From the NCBI GenBank assembly GCA_021323595.1, contig JAJPKR010000061.1:83364-147363 (forward strand): a DNA stretch of 64,000 nt. The letters are read 5' to 3'. Source of the DNA: Terriglobia bacterium. Its GTDB lineage: Bacteria > Acidobacteriota > Terriglobia > Terriglobales > SCQP01. Shown here in pieces: positions 19,431-29,244 of the stretch; position 1 is the first letter of the stretch, and the number at the start of each line of letters is the position of its first letter. The notes under the pieces are model-generated. The model was not told the DNA's origin. It did not search any database and worked only from the letters and a program-made list of their open reading frames with translations. A program made the position numbers and the translations under genes.

Positions 19431-20168
19431 TCAATTCATCCAGTTTTCGCCGGGCGGATCGTTATGGCGGTCGCGCTTGCGCATATACACTTCAAAGCGG
19501 CGCTGGAGCCGCCGGCGGCGCCAACGATCGTAATCGCGGCGGAGGCCGCGCAGCGGGCTGGCGCCGCGCAGGTAGAGAAATGCGAAGAGCATGCCCCCGA
19601 GGTGCGCGAAATGGCTGACGCCATCGGATGCGCCCAGGGTGAATAGAAACTCCAGCACGCCGTAGCCCAGCACCAGCCACTTCGCCTTGATCGAGACCGG
19701 AGGAATCAGGAGAAAGACCGGCTGATCCGGGAACATCATCCCGAACGCCAGCAGCACACCGAAGATCGCGCCGGAGGCGCCGATCGTGGGCACCTGGCCG
19801 GTGCCGAGCGCCAAATGCGCGAGCACATCGATCAGGCCCGCGCCGACGCCGCAGAGGAAATAAAAGAAATAAAACTGCTTGGTGCCGAGCGCCTGTTCGA
19901 CCGCCACGCCGAACATCCAAAGGCCGAACATGTTCCAGAACAGGTGCCAAAAGCCCGCGTGCAGGAACAGATAGCTGAAGAGCTGCCAAACCGCGCCATG
20001 CACGACCTCGACCGGAAACAGATAGAGCCATCCCCAAGGCAAGCGCGGCGGCGGCAGCAGATATTGCAGCACCCACACGCTGCACGTCACGATGACCAGC
20101 ACCTTCACCGCGCGGGTGAAGCCGGGAACGCTGAAGGTATAGCTCGGAATGGTGCCGCGATAAGGCAT
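19431..20168 (-). CDS. Rhomboid family intramembrane serine protease
   Basis: ORF 19431..20267 begins with TTG; I trimmed it to the first ATG (20168, MPYRGTIP...). Motifs WQLFSYLFLHAGFWHLFWNM, GASGAIFG (catalytic Ser) and AHLGG (catalytic His). Confidence 0.88.
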   Translation of the reverse strand: MPYRGTIPSYTFSVPGFTRAVKVLVIVTCSVWVLQYLLPPPRLPWGWLYLFPVEVVHGAVWQLFSYLFLHAGFWHLFWNMFGLWMFGVAVEQALGTKQFYFFYFLCGVGAGLIDVLAHLALGTGQVPTIGASGAIFGVLLAFGMMFPDQPVFLLIPPVSIKAKWLVLGYGVLEFLFTLGASDGVSHFAHLGGMLFAFLYLRGASPLRGLRRDYDRWRRRRLQRRFEVYMRKRDRHNDPPGENWMN

Positions 20169-20276
20169 GAGGTGCAGCCGAGGCGCTTGCAATCGGAGGG
20201 CGCGCAAGGCGCCGGCAGCGCACTCCTCGCTCCAGTATAAATGGCCGCTTCCGGGCAGGCGCGGCAAGGGGCAAGC

Positions 20277-23200
20277 TCAGCGCGCGCGATGCCGGAAGTG
20301 GAAGCTGATCCCGTACAGGCCAAACTGATCGCGGCTGATGGTGATGCCGAGATGGCGCGATATCGTCCAATCCACTTGCACGATATCTTGCGAGCTGCTG
20401 GCCAAGTTCTGGGTGTAGGTCACCTTCAAGTTCCGGGAGATCTGCTGGTCCACGGTGACGGTGGCTTGGCCGGTGCCGAGCAAACCGGCGGAAGCGGGAT
20501 TGAATTGGATCTGGGTGACGCCGAACATGCGCTGCAATCGGCTTTGCAGCAGGTTGTCGAGCGCGAGGCTGAGCAGTTGCTCGGACTGGCCGACGAAGGC
20601 GCTGGAAGTCTCTTGATTGACGGCCTGCGATTCCTGGGTCTGGCCGGTGGCCAGCAGCGCCACGATATCGCGGCTCGAGAGCGGCGGATCGCTGCGATAG
20701 GTGATGTTCAGCCTATCCACCGGCCCGGAGATGCTGAGGGTGATGTCGTACTGCTGCACGGTGGTGGTAAGGCCGAAGTCGATGACCGGCTGAATGCGGA
20801 TTGGGTTGGCGAAGGTGATATCGCCCTTGTTGATCGTGTACTCGTTGCCGGCGAAGCGAATTTCGCCCTCGGCGATCGAAGCGCGCCCCAGCAGCACGGG
20901 ACTGGCGAGGGTGCCGCGGGCGCGCAAGTCGGCCTGGAATTGCAGGTGCGCCGCGCCGGTGGCGACCTCGACCTGCGGGCCGGTGACGAGGCGCACGTCG
21001 AGATGAATTCGATTCAGGAATGAGTTGCTGTTCACCGCCGGGGCGCTGGTGCTGCGGTTGGCGAGGAAGAGCGCGAAGTCGAAGTTGGGCGCCACGCCGA
21101 CGCGCGTCAATTCCACGTCGCCGCTGAGCAAGGCGCTGCCGCGCTGGCCATCGAGCCGGAGGTGCAGATTGCCGGTGGTGCTGATGCCCTGATAGCGAAT
21201 GCGCAGGTTGCTCCCCGTCGCCTCCAAGTTGATGGCGAAGCCGGCGGGATCGCGCGCCGCCGAGCCGGTGATGGAAATCTCGCCGCCGCCGGTGTTGGCG
21301 GTGAGGCGGCGGATCTCGACGCGATTGCCGGTGAAGCGCAGCAGGCCCTCGATGTGGTCGAAGGCCACAGGCAAATCTTCTTCCGCCAGGCTGGCATCGT
21401 GGACCTGCAATTCGCCGGTCAAGGCCGGTTTATGCAAGGTGCCGCTCACGCGCGCCGCCAACGACAGCTCGCCGGAGGAATGGGTGGTGGGATGCAAGGC
21501 GTGAATGATGGCCAGGTCCACGTGGCCGTTCAGATTGCCGGAGATTTCTTGCCGGCCTTGCAGCTCGGCTTGGCCGGTGATCGAGAAGTCGGTATCGGCG
21601 CCCACCAGCCGCGCCTGCGCCAGCGATACCATGCCATGAGCCATGCTGACGCGCACCGGCCCGGCGTTTTGCAGCACCACGCTCTCCAGCGAGAGGTGCA
21701 ACGGATCGAAGCTCGCTTGCAGCACCAAATCCGCCGGCCGCAGCAACGGGCCTTGGACATGGAGCCGGCCGCTGATGCGGCTGTGGCCGGTGATGCTGGC
21801 ATGCGTGAAGCGCCGCAGCCAAACGTCGATATCGTAATCGGTCAGCTCGGCATCGGCATCGAGGCCGTACGGGCTGGTTTCCGCGAACGAACCGGCGAGG
21901 GTCAGGCGGCCGTTCGGCAGGCCGAGCGCGGCATGCAGGCGCGCGGTTTGGCCGTCGGCCTGGAGCTCGACATGCAGCGTGCCCAGCGACTCGACCGCGC
22001 CGCGCAGGTTGACGGCATCGAGCACGGCGGTGGCGCGCGGATGAGCCAACGTTCCTTCGCTCGACAAATGGCCGCTGAGCTGCCCCGAGATCGGCAACTG
22101 CGGCGATTGCAGGGCCACGATCTGCGCCAACTCCAAGGCCGCCGTGCTGGCCTGGAAGCGATAGGTGCGGGCCTTCCAGTCGTAGGCCGCCGCGCCCACG
22201 ATGCGGCCGCCGGCAACCACGGCGACGAAATTCGGCGCGGCGATGCCGGCGGGCGTGACCGCCAGATGCGCCGTCAATTGCGGGACCGGCTGGCGCCAAA
22301 GGACCGCATGATCGAGCTGCGCGCGGCCTTCCGCCCGCGGCGCGCCCACCGTGCCCGTGGCGTTGAAATCGAAGGAGAGCCGGCCCTGCACCGGCCAGGC
22401 AGCTCCCGCCCAACGCTCGAGGCGCGCGAGCTCGATGTCTTGCCCGGATACGTCGAAATTGAGCGTGCTTGCGCTCGTCGCTCGAAACCGGTCGAGACTC
22501 ATTTCGCCGGCGGCATGAAACGCCTGCCCGCCGAGCCGCCAGATGAGCGATCCCAGCCGCGCGGTTTCGGGCGAGACGGTCGCGATCGCATCGAGCTGGT
22601 CGGCTTCGAAGGGACCATAGCGAAACTTCGCGGCGCTGAAGGCGACGTGCAGCACCGGCCCGGTGGTCAAAGCCCCACTGATCGCGGCTTGCAGGCGAAG
22701 CTGGCCGGCGAGCAGCGGCGGCCCATGCCCGCCGGGCAAGGCGGGCAAGTAGCGCGTCAGCACCGGCTGCCATTGCGCCAAATCATCGACGGCGGCGGCC
22801 ACTTGCAGCGCGCTGCCGGCGGAACTCGCGGCGCCGGCGGCGGTGACGCTCAAGCCGGGCGCTTGGATGGCGAGGTGATCGATCCCCAGCGACCATCGGT
22901 CCGGCGAGACCGCGAAGCGGAGGGAAGCGGCGAGCGGCAGCGGCAGCGAGGCCCGGGGTGGCTGCGCCGGCGGCGTGATCGCCGCCGAACCCGCCGCGCG
23001 CCAATTCGCCGGCGCGCGCGTATCCAGGCGAACCTGGGCGTGCGCTTCCGCCACGCCGGCCAGCGGCACCAGCGGCGGACCGCCGGGCAGACGCGCGGCG
23101 ATCGCGAGCAGCCGTTCCAACGCCAGACCGTGAACCGCGACCACGGCCGCGAGCGCGTGCCAACGCCCCCAAGTCAAGTTCAGCGTGCCGGCCCCGCCCC

Positions 23201-24194
23201 CGGCGGTGAAAGCGACGCGCGGCATCCGGAGGCCGGAGGGATCGGCGGAAAAGGCACCCTGCGCCGCCATGGGACCCCAGCTCGCGCCGTCGGCGGTGAA
23301 CTTCAAGCCGGCGGCGGCAAAACGGCCGCCGGCGCTCCAGGCCGGGCCCGACCATTGCGCCCGGCCCGTGACGGTCACCTCGCCAGCCGCGCCGGCGAGG
23401 GCGGGCACTAGCCGCCGCCAGCCGGGCAAGCTGGCACTGGCCTGGTATTGCAGCTCGAGCCGCGGATGCGCCAGGTCGTGCAACATGCCGCGCGCTTGCA
23501 GACGACTCGCGTTGCCGCTCCAAGAAAAGTCGTCAATGCGCACATCGTTCGGCCAGAGCGTGAAGCGCAGGCTGGCGCTCTGGCTGACGGGCCGGGGCAG
23601 CGGTCCGCGCAAGACGCCATGGGCGAAGCCGAACCTGCCGGTGAATTCGTAAGGCGCCGCGCGCCGCAATTGCAGGCGCAGGCCGTCGAGCGCGGCGTCG
23701 AGCGGAATCCGCCGTTCGGCGAAATCGAGCTGGCCTTGGCGCAGCCGCAAACGGCGCAGGCCCAGATCGAAGACGGGCTCGGCGGGCGGCGAAACGATGA
23801 CGGGCGGCGGCGGCAGGTTCCAGAGGCCGTTGGGCATCTTGAAAATGCGAATGCGCGGCTGATCGACGTCGAGTTCGGTGATCTGCACCGTGAGCGGACG
23901 CAACGAAGCCACGCGCAGCCGCACGAAGACGTGCGGAATCCGCGCCAGTGGCGCGCCGGCGGCGGGCTCGCGCCCGCGCAAGATCACGCCGTAAACATCG
24001 GCGGAGAGCGTGCGAAAGGAGACGTGGAAGCGGGAGAAGCTGGCGCGCAGCCCGGTCGCTTTTTGGATTTGGCCGGCGGCGAGGCCGGCCAGCCGCTGCT
24101 GCAAATAGCGGCTCTGCAGAAACCAAGCGCCCGTCCCGGCCAACACCGCCAGCACGATCACGACGACGATGACGATTTTGCGCCAGCGCGGCAT
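20277..24194 (-). CDS. tamB: TamB-like translocation and assembly module protein (AsmA-like/DUF490 C-terminus)
   Basis: 1305 aa. N-terminal membrane anchor (IVIVVVIVLAVLAGTGAWF), a long beta-rich repetitive body, and C-terminus ...ISGPVDRLNITYRSDPPLSSRDIVALLATGQ...QISRNLKVTY...DW.ISR.L.I.. typical of TamB. Confidence 0.85.
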   Translation of the reverse strand: MPRWRKIVIVVVIVLAVLAGTGAWFLQSRYLQQRLAGLAAGQIQKATGLRASFSRFHVSFRTLSADVYGVILRGREPAAGAPLARIPHVFVRLRVASLRPLTVQITELDVDQPRIRIFKMPNGLWNLPPPPVIVSPPAEPVFDLGLRRLRLRQGQLDFAERRIPLDAALDGLRLQLRRAAPYEFTGRFGFAHGVLRGPLPRPVSQSASLRFTLWPNDVRIDDFSWSGNASRLQARGMLHDLAHPRLELQYQASASLPGWRRLVPALAGAAGEVTVTGRAQWSGPAWSAGGRFAAAGLKFTADGASWGPMAAQGAFSADPSGLRMPRVAFTAGGGAGTLNLTWGRWHALAAVVAVHGLALERLLAIAARLPGGPPLVPLAGVAEAHAQVRLDTRAPANWRAAGSAAITPPAQPPRASLPLPLAASLRFAVSPDRWSLGIDHLAIQAPGLSVTAAGAASSAGSALQVAAAVDDLAQWQPVLTRYLPALPGGHGPPLLAGQLRLQAAISGALTTGPVLHVAFSAAKFRYGPFEADQLDAIATVSPETARLGSLIWRLGGQAFHAAGEMSLDRFRATSASTLNFDVSGQDIELARLERWAGAAWPVQGRLSFDFNATGTVGAPRAEGRAQLDHAVLWRQPVPQLTAHLAVTPAGIAAPNFVAVVAGGRIVGAAAYDWKARTYRFQASTAALELAQIVALQSPQLPISGQLSGHLSSEGTLAHPRATAVLDAVNLRGAVESLGTLHVELQADGQTARLHAALGLPNGRLTLAGSFAETSPYGLDADAELTDYDIDVWLRRFTHASITGHSRISGRLHVQGPLLRPADLVLQASFDPLHLSLESVVLQNAGPVRVSMAHGMVSLAQARLVGADTDFSITGQAELQGRQEISGNLNGHVDLAIIHALHPTTHSSGELSLAARVSGTLHKPALTGELQVHDASLAEEDLPVAFDHIEGLLRFTGNRVEIRRLTANTGGGEISITGSAARDPAGFAINLEATGSNLRIRYQGISTTGNLHLRLDGQRGSALLSGDVELTRVGVAPNFDFALFLANRSTSAPAVNSNSFLNRIHLDVRLVTGPQVEVATGAAHLQFQADLRARGTLASPVLLGRASIAEGEIRFAGNEYTINKGDITFANPIRIQPVIDFGLTTTVQQYDITLSISGPVDRLNITYRSDPPLSSRDIVALLATGQTQESQAVNQETSSAFVGQSEQLLSLALDNLLQSRLQRMFGVTQIQFNPASAGLLGTGQATVTVDQQISRNLKVTYTQNLASSSQDIVQVDWTISRHLGITISRDQFGLYGISFHFRHRAR

Positions 24195-24201
24195 GGGCTA
24201 T

Positions 24202-24858
24202 TCAGGGGCGCAGGATGCGGACGCGGGCCGTCTCACGCAGGCGCGTCAGCCACGCCGTCTGCAGATTAACCAGTTGCCGCTGCAGCAAGATCTCCCGGAT
24301 GAGCGGGCTAGCCTGGGCCAGCGCCAGGGGACGCAAGCCGCGGCGCCGCGCCTGGGGAACATATTCGTCGCGGTAGTAACGGGCAATCTCGGACGAGGTC
24401 ACCTGCGCTTGCGATTGCAGGCGCGCATCCACCGCGGCCAGAACGCCCAATTGCTCGCCGACGATCCGGCGCACCGTCGCCGGGACCAGATGATAGCGGG
24501 CGCACCATCGCTCGAGGTTAGCCTCGCCGCCGGCGACGCCGGCGAGATGCCGCCACTGCGCCTGCACGCGGGCGCCGTCCCCGGGCCGGTAGCCGGCTTG
24601 CTGCTCGACCAAAATCTCTGAGATCAGGTGCTCGAGCGCGCGGCGGCGATCGGCTTCCGTGAGCGGGGCGGGCGCATCGGGCGGCGCCGCGCTCAGCCGC
24701 TGCGAGAGACGCGCGTACCAGGCGGCGTCGGCGACCTCGCTGGTGGTAATGGCGCGGCCGTTGACCACGGCGGCAATCGCGTCGAGCGTGCGGCCCGGGG
24801 TCTGCGCCGCCAGCGCCCAAGCCAAGGTCGCGATGCAGAAGACGACTCGCCGCGGCAT
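24202..24858 (-). CDS. SurA N-terminal-domain chaperone-like protein (no parvulin domain)
   Basis: ORF 24202..25092 trimmed to ATG 24858, which overlaps the bamA stop by 1 nt. Has a signal peptide (VVFCIATLAWALAAQ) and LDAIAAVVNGRAITTSEV..., typical of SurA_N. Confidence 0.7.
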   Translation of the reverse strand: MPRRVVFCIATLAWALAAQTPGRTLDAIAAVVNGRAITTSEVADAAWYARLSQRLSAAPPDAPAPLTEADRRRALEHLISEILVEQQAGYRPGDGARVQAQWRHLAGVAGGEANLERWCARYHLVPATVRRIVGEQLGVLAAVDARLQSQAQVTSSEIARYYRDEYVPQARRRGLRPLALAQASPLIREILLQRQLVNLQTAWLTRLRETARVRILRP

Positions 24859-27800
24859 CAGAAGGTCTGCCCCACGCTGAAGAAGAAATTGAAGTGCGGC
24901 AGTTGCACGAACTGCTCGGCCGGCGCCGGCTGGGTGACGATCTGCTGCACGCGCGGCGCGTTGAGATCGTAGCCAAAATCCAGGCGAATCGGGCCGACGG
25001 GCGTCCGGTAGCGGATGCCGAACCCCAGCGTCTGCGAATCGAAATTGAGATCGGTGGGCGAGGGCGCGTGAAAGCGCACGAGCCCGCGCCACATGGCGCC
25101 GAAGCTGGTGAAGACGTTGCCGGCATCGTAGAAGGCGACGCCGCCGATGTTTTGCCCGATCATCGGAAACCGCAGTTCGAGATTGTTGACGAACAGCGCC
25201 GTGCCGCCCACCGGAAAGCCGGTGATGGGATCGCGCGGCCCGGCTTGGTTGATGGCGAACCCGCGCAGCGAGTCGGCGCCGCCGCTGAAGAAGCGCTCTG
25301 GAATGGGGATCACCTCTTGCCGCGTGGTGGTGGTAACGCCGGTCACCGGGTTGGTGATGCTGATCGTTTGCAGCGGGCCGAAGGGCTGTTCGTAGCCGAT
25401 TCGGGTGGAGCGCGCCAGCACCAAGCTCTTGCCGATGGGGTGGTACTCGGCGTTTTGGAAGAACAAGCGGGTGAAGTTGTCGAATTGGAAGTTGCCGTTC
25501 AGGCCGAGGGTGGGCGAGCTGTAGCTCTTGGCCAGCGCCGTCTCGAGGGTGTTATAGCTGCCGTGGTGGGTATCGAGCGGATCGTCGCGGCGGTCCCAGA
25601 TCAGGTTGATCGAGCCGATGGCGATGCGCACGGGCCGGCTCAACAGCGGCACCTCCGGCTGGTTGACGAAGAGGAATCCGGCGGGAATCGCCACGCGGCG
25701 GTAATCGAGCCGGTACAGGATGTGCACGGTGGGCGCGAAGGTTTGGTCGAGCTCCACGCCCGCTTGCTCGCGGATGGCGCGGAACGTGCGGACATCGAAG
25801 GTGTCGTCATAGAGGGTGGAGAGATCCACCTTCATGTTGGAGTGATTGAGGAAGCGGGGGAAGTCGTAACTCAAGATCGCGCGCTTTTGGAGCGAGCCGT
25901 AGCGGCTGCTGAGCGACAGCGTCTGTTCGCGGCCGAACATGGCGACGCGGGTGGCGTCGAACGAAAGCAGCGGGCTCACCGCGGTCGTGCCCAGCAGCTT
26001 GCGCAGGGCATCCTCGGCATTGGTGGGCTGGCCGCTCGCGCCGCCGGCGGTCGAGCCGGTGCCGCCTTGGATGAGCATGCCCACGCCCTCGCGGAAGGTC
26101 CAGCGCTTGGCCTCGTTGACCGTGACCAGAACGTTCTTCGAGGCGGTGGCGCCGCTGGGATCCTGCACCGCGACGTTGACGTCGGTGAACAAGCCGAGAT
26201 CGTAGAGATTGCGGCGGGTATCGAGCATCGCCAACTGGCTGAGCGGAGCGCCGGGCCGCATCACGATCTGATGGGAGATGACCCGCGGCAAGACAAAGCG
26301 CTCGCCGGTCACGAAGACTTTATTGACGTATTGGATCGGGCCCTCGAAGATGCGGTAGACGACATCCACGCGGTTGGCGCCGTCGGGCGTCGTGCTGACC
26401 TCCATGCGCGCTTGCTCATAGCCGGCGTTGTAGTAATACGTCAGGATGGCGTCGCGGTCGGTCGCGACGCTCACGTTGGAGTAGGGCTGGCCCGGACCGA
26501 GGGTAATCAAGTTCTGCAGCGCGGCGGCGGCGACCGCGTGGTTGCCCTCGATCGTCAGCCGATGGACCAACTCTTGCGGGCCTTCGTTGATGTTGAACAC
26601 CACCGCAATTTGATGCGCCTTGCCGCGATAATTGCGGTCCACCATGGGCGTGACCACGACGCGCAAAAAGCCGTTGGCGTGATAGAGATCGGCGATCGCG
26701 GCGGCATCGTCTTCGACCAGCGTCTGGCTAAAGTTCCCGCGGCTGCCGGGAATGAAGTTCGGCAGGAAGCTGGCGGGGCGCGTGGCCACGCGCTCCTCGA
26801 GCGTATCTTCGTCGAAATAATGATTGCCGCGAAACAGCACCGCCTTGACTTCTTCGAGCGGACCCGGATCGATCATGTACAGGATGCGCAACATCTCCGG
26901 GCCGGCCTCGGTGCGGCGGTAATCCACGGTGGCATCGAAGTAGCCGTGTTTTTGCAAGTAGGTGAGGATGTTGCGGCGGCCTTCGTCGATCAGCTCGGGA
27001 TCGGCGGCGTGCTCCTGAAAGACGGGCACGAGGCGCTTCAAGGTGCTGAAGTCGAGGTTCGATCCCTCCGTCTGCACCGCGACCACGGGACCGGGATTGA
27101 TGCGCACGGTGAGGTCGACGGTGTTGGTCCGGGCATGGAAGACGGGGGTGGGCATGACGATGTTCGCGGCCAGGTATTGCAGCCGGCCATAGTACGCCTG
27201 CAAGCGCTGCACGGCGGCATCCAAGCGCGAGCGCGAAACCGGGGCGCCGGGCGCAAGCTTGGAAACGCGCAGGAGCTGCGCGGCCAGCGCCGGCGGTGCG
27301 GCGGGAAAGGCGTGGGCGCGGCCTTGCGTCGTGGCCGGGGTGCCGGGCGGCGCCACCTGGAAGCTCACCGCGCCGACCCGCGCCACCGGCCCAGGGCGGA
27401 TCAAAAAGGTCGCGAGCGCCGCCGCCCGCGTGTGATCCAAGCTGACCTCCGCCTCGACTTGCGGCTGGTAGTAGCCGTAGACGCGGAGGCGCGCGCGCAG
27501 CCGCCGCGCCGCTTCTTCCATGGCGGTGGGGGAATACAGTTCGCCGAGGTTGAGGCCGCTGGCGTCTTGCATTTCGGCATCGGTGGCCGGATCGGGAGCG
27601 CCGATCACTTTGATTTCGCCGATGAAAAAGTTGGGCGTGGTCTCGAAGACCAGGCGCACGCCCCCGGGCGCGGGATACTCCACCGCACGCACGTCCGCGA
27701 ATTGCCCGGTGGCGAAGAGGCGCTCGATCGTTTGCCGCACCGCCAGCGGGTCGAGGCTCTGGCCGGCGCGCTGCGCCAGTAAGGGTTGATAGCTGGCGGC

Positions 27801-27926
27801 GGTGCGCGTGGGCGCGGGCTGCACCTCGACGGCGACGACCCGCGGCGGCGGCGCGGCGCTGGCTCCTGCCGGGCAGGCGCCGAGCGCGAGGACTGCGGCG
27901 AGGATGGAAGCGCGGCGAAACCGCAT
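24858..27926 (-). CDS. bamA: Outer membrane protein assembly factor BamA (Omp85), ~1022 aa
   Basis: ORF 24858..28142 trimmed to ATG 27926 (MRFRRASILAAVLALGACPAGASA signal). POTRA-like repeats. C-terminal barrel with ...GGADSLRGF... and terminal ...FFFSVGQTF. Confidence 0.92.
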   Translation of the reverse strand: MRFRRASILAAVLALGACPAGASAAPPPRVVAVEVQPAPTRTAASYQPLLAQRAGQSLDPLAVRQTIERLFATGQFADVRAVEYPAPGGVRLVFETTPNFFIGEIKVIGAPDPATDAEMQDASGLNLGELYSPTAMEEAARRLRARLRVYGYYQPQVEAEVSLDHTRAAALATFLIRPGPVARVGAVSFQVAPPGTPATTQGRAHAFPAAPPALAAQLLRVSKLAPGAPVSRSRLDAAVQRLQAYYGRLQYLAANIVMPTPVFHARTNTVDLTVRINPGPVVAVQTEGSNLDFSTLKRLVPVFQEHAADPELIDEGRRNILTYLQKHGYFDATVDYRRTEAGPEMLRILYMIDPGPLEEVKAVLFRGNHYFDEDTLEERVATRPASFLPNFIPGSRGNFSQTLVEDDAAAIADLYHANGFLRVVVTPMVDRNYRGKAHQIAVVFNINEGPQELVHRLTIEGNHAVAAAALQNLITLGPGQPYSNVSVATDRDAILTYYYNAGYEQARMEVSTTPDGANRVDVVYRIFEGPIQYVNKVFVTGERFVLPRVISHQIVMRPGAPLSQLAMLDTRRNLYDLGLFTDVNVAVQDPSGATASKNVLVTVNEAKRWTFREGVGMLIQGGTGSTAGGASGQPTNAEDALRKLLGTTAVSPLLSFDATRVAMFGREQTLSLSSRYGSLQKRAILSYDFPRFLNHSNMKVDLSTLYDDTFDVRTFRAIREQAGVELDQTFAPTVHILYRLDYRRVAIPAGFLFVNQPEVPLLSRPVRIAIGSINLIWDRRDDPLDTHHGSYNTLETALAKSYSSPTLGLNGNFQFDNFTRLFFQNAEYHPIGKSLVLARSTRIGYEQPFGPLQTISITNPVTGVTTTTRQEVIPIPERFFSGGADSLRGFAINQAGPRDPITGFPVGGTALFVNNLELRFPMIGQNIGGVAFYDAGNVFTSFGAMWRGLVRFHAPSPTDLNFDSQTLGFGIRYRTPVGPIRLDFGYDLNAPRVQQIVTQPAPAEQFVQLPHFNFFFSVGQTF

Positions 27927-27969
27927 CGCGGCCGGTTCCCGTCCGCCGGAGCGGAGGATAATTTCTAGT

Positions 27970-29028
27970 ATGCACACGGAGGCGCAGACGGCCAGCGCTC
28001 TTTGGGAGCGGTACTCGCGGCAGATGCTGTTCGCGCCGCTGGGCCGGGCGGGCCAGGAGCGGCTGCGGCGGGCCCATGCCGCCATCGTCGGCTGCGGCGC
28101 GCTGGGGAGCACGCAGGCGGATTTGCTGGCGCGTGCCGGCATCGGCCGGCTGACGCTCGTGGACCGCGATTACGTGGAGGCGAGCAATCTCCAGCGCCAG
28201 CGCCTCTACGACGAGGCGGATGCGAGGGAGAGCCTGCCCAAGGCCACCGCCGCCGCCCGCCATTTGCGGCACATCAACAGCGAGGTCGAAATCATGCCGC
28301 GGGCCGAGGATCTGAATGCCGGCAACATCGAGGATTTGCTGGCCGGTGCGGAGATCATCCTCGACGGCACCGACAATCTCGACACCCGGTACCTGCTCAA
28401 CGACTACGCCGTCGCCCGCCGATTGCCGTGGATTTATGGCGCGGTGGTGGGCGCCTATGGGACCACCTTCACCATTCGCCCGGGCGAAACGGCTTGCCTG
28501 GAATGCCTCTTCGGCGCCCAGCCCGCGGGCTTGGTCGAAACCTGCGATACGCGCGGCGTGCTCAACTGGGCCGTGCAATGGGTCGCGGCGTGGCAAGCCG
28601 GGGAGGCGGTGAAGCTGGCCGCGGGCGCGAGCGAGGCGCTGCGGCCGACGCTGATCGCCGCCGATCTGTGGACCAACGAGTGGCGCGAGCTGCAGCCCCC
28701 GCCGCGCGATCCGGATTGCCGCGCTTGCGTCCGCGGCGATTTCGTGTACCTGCGCGGCGAGCGGCAGCCGCGGATCACGCTCTGCGGGCGCGACGGGGTG
28801 CAGATTCACGAGCATCGGCGGCACATGGCCTTCGCGCCGCTGGCGGAGCGGTTGGCGGCTCTCGGCGACGTTCGCTACAACGACTTCATTTTGAAGTTCC
28901 GGCCGCATCCCGAATCCGAACCGCGCCCCCTGGAGCTGACCCTGTTTGCCGACGGCCGGGCGATCGTGAAGGGCACCACCGATCCGGCCGCCGCTCGTTC
29001 CGCCTACGCCCGCTACCTGGGGGCCTAG
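27970..29028 (+). CDS. ThiF/MoeB-family E1-like adenylyltransferase with C-terminal accessory domain
   Basis: ORF 27802..29028 trimmed to ATG 27970. Motifs RYSRQ..F, Rossmann IVGCGALGS, DRDYVE.SNLQRQ, and two CxxC pairs (CLEC, CRAC). C-terminus is ...LFADGRAIVKGTTD...A...YARYLG. Confidence 0.85.
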   Translation: MHTEAQTASALWERYSRQMLFAPLGRAGQERLRRAHAAIVGCGALGSTQADLLARAGIGRLTLVDRDYVEASNLQRQRLYDEADARESLPKATAAARHLRHINSEVEIMPRAEDLNAGNIEDLLAGAEIILDGTDNLDTRYLLNDYAVARRLPWIYGAVVGAYGTTFTIRPGETACLECLFGAQPAGLVETCDTRGVLNWAVQWVAAWQAGEAVKLAAGASEALRPTLIAADLWTNEWRELQPPPRDPDCRACVRGDFVYLRGERQPRITLCGRDGVQIHEHRRHMAFAPLAERLAALGDVRYNDFILKFRPHPESEPRPLELTLFADGRAIVKGTTDPAAARSAYARYLGA

Positions 29029-29244
29029 CGCTCGCGGCGCCATGAGCGGCGGGTGCGAGCGACCGGATGTCCGGGGCGGCGTAAGCGGTGACGCGTGCTC
29101 TGCGCGCACATGCCGCACGCCCGCGCCGCCGCCGGCTTCCCGATGCCGCCCAGTTGCAGGCCTCAGCGCGCCTGCGGCCGGCTCGCACGGACTCCCGGCG
29201 AGTCGCGGGTGGTAAACTGGCGGCGCTTTCTCAGGAGCCGGCAG

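Noticed and set aside
20169-20267. Extended TTG start for the rhomboid gene, only 9 nt after the tamB stop.
   Set aside because: The extension begins with TTG and encodes a non-conserved-looking 33-aa segment. The first ATG (20168) gives a normal cytoplasmic N-terminus before TM1. The start remains uncertain, so operon coupling with tamB cannot be excluded.
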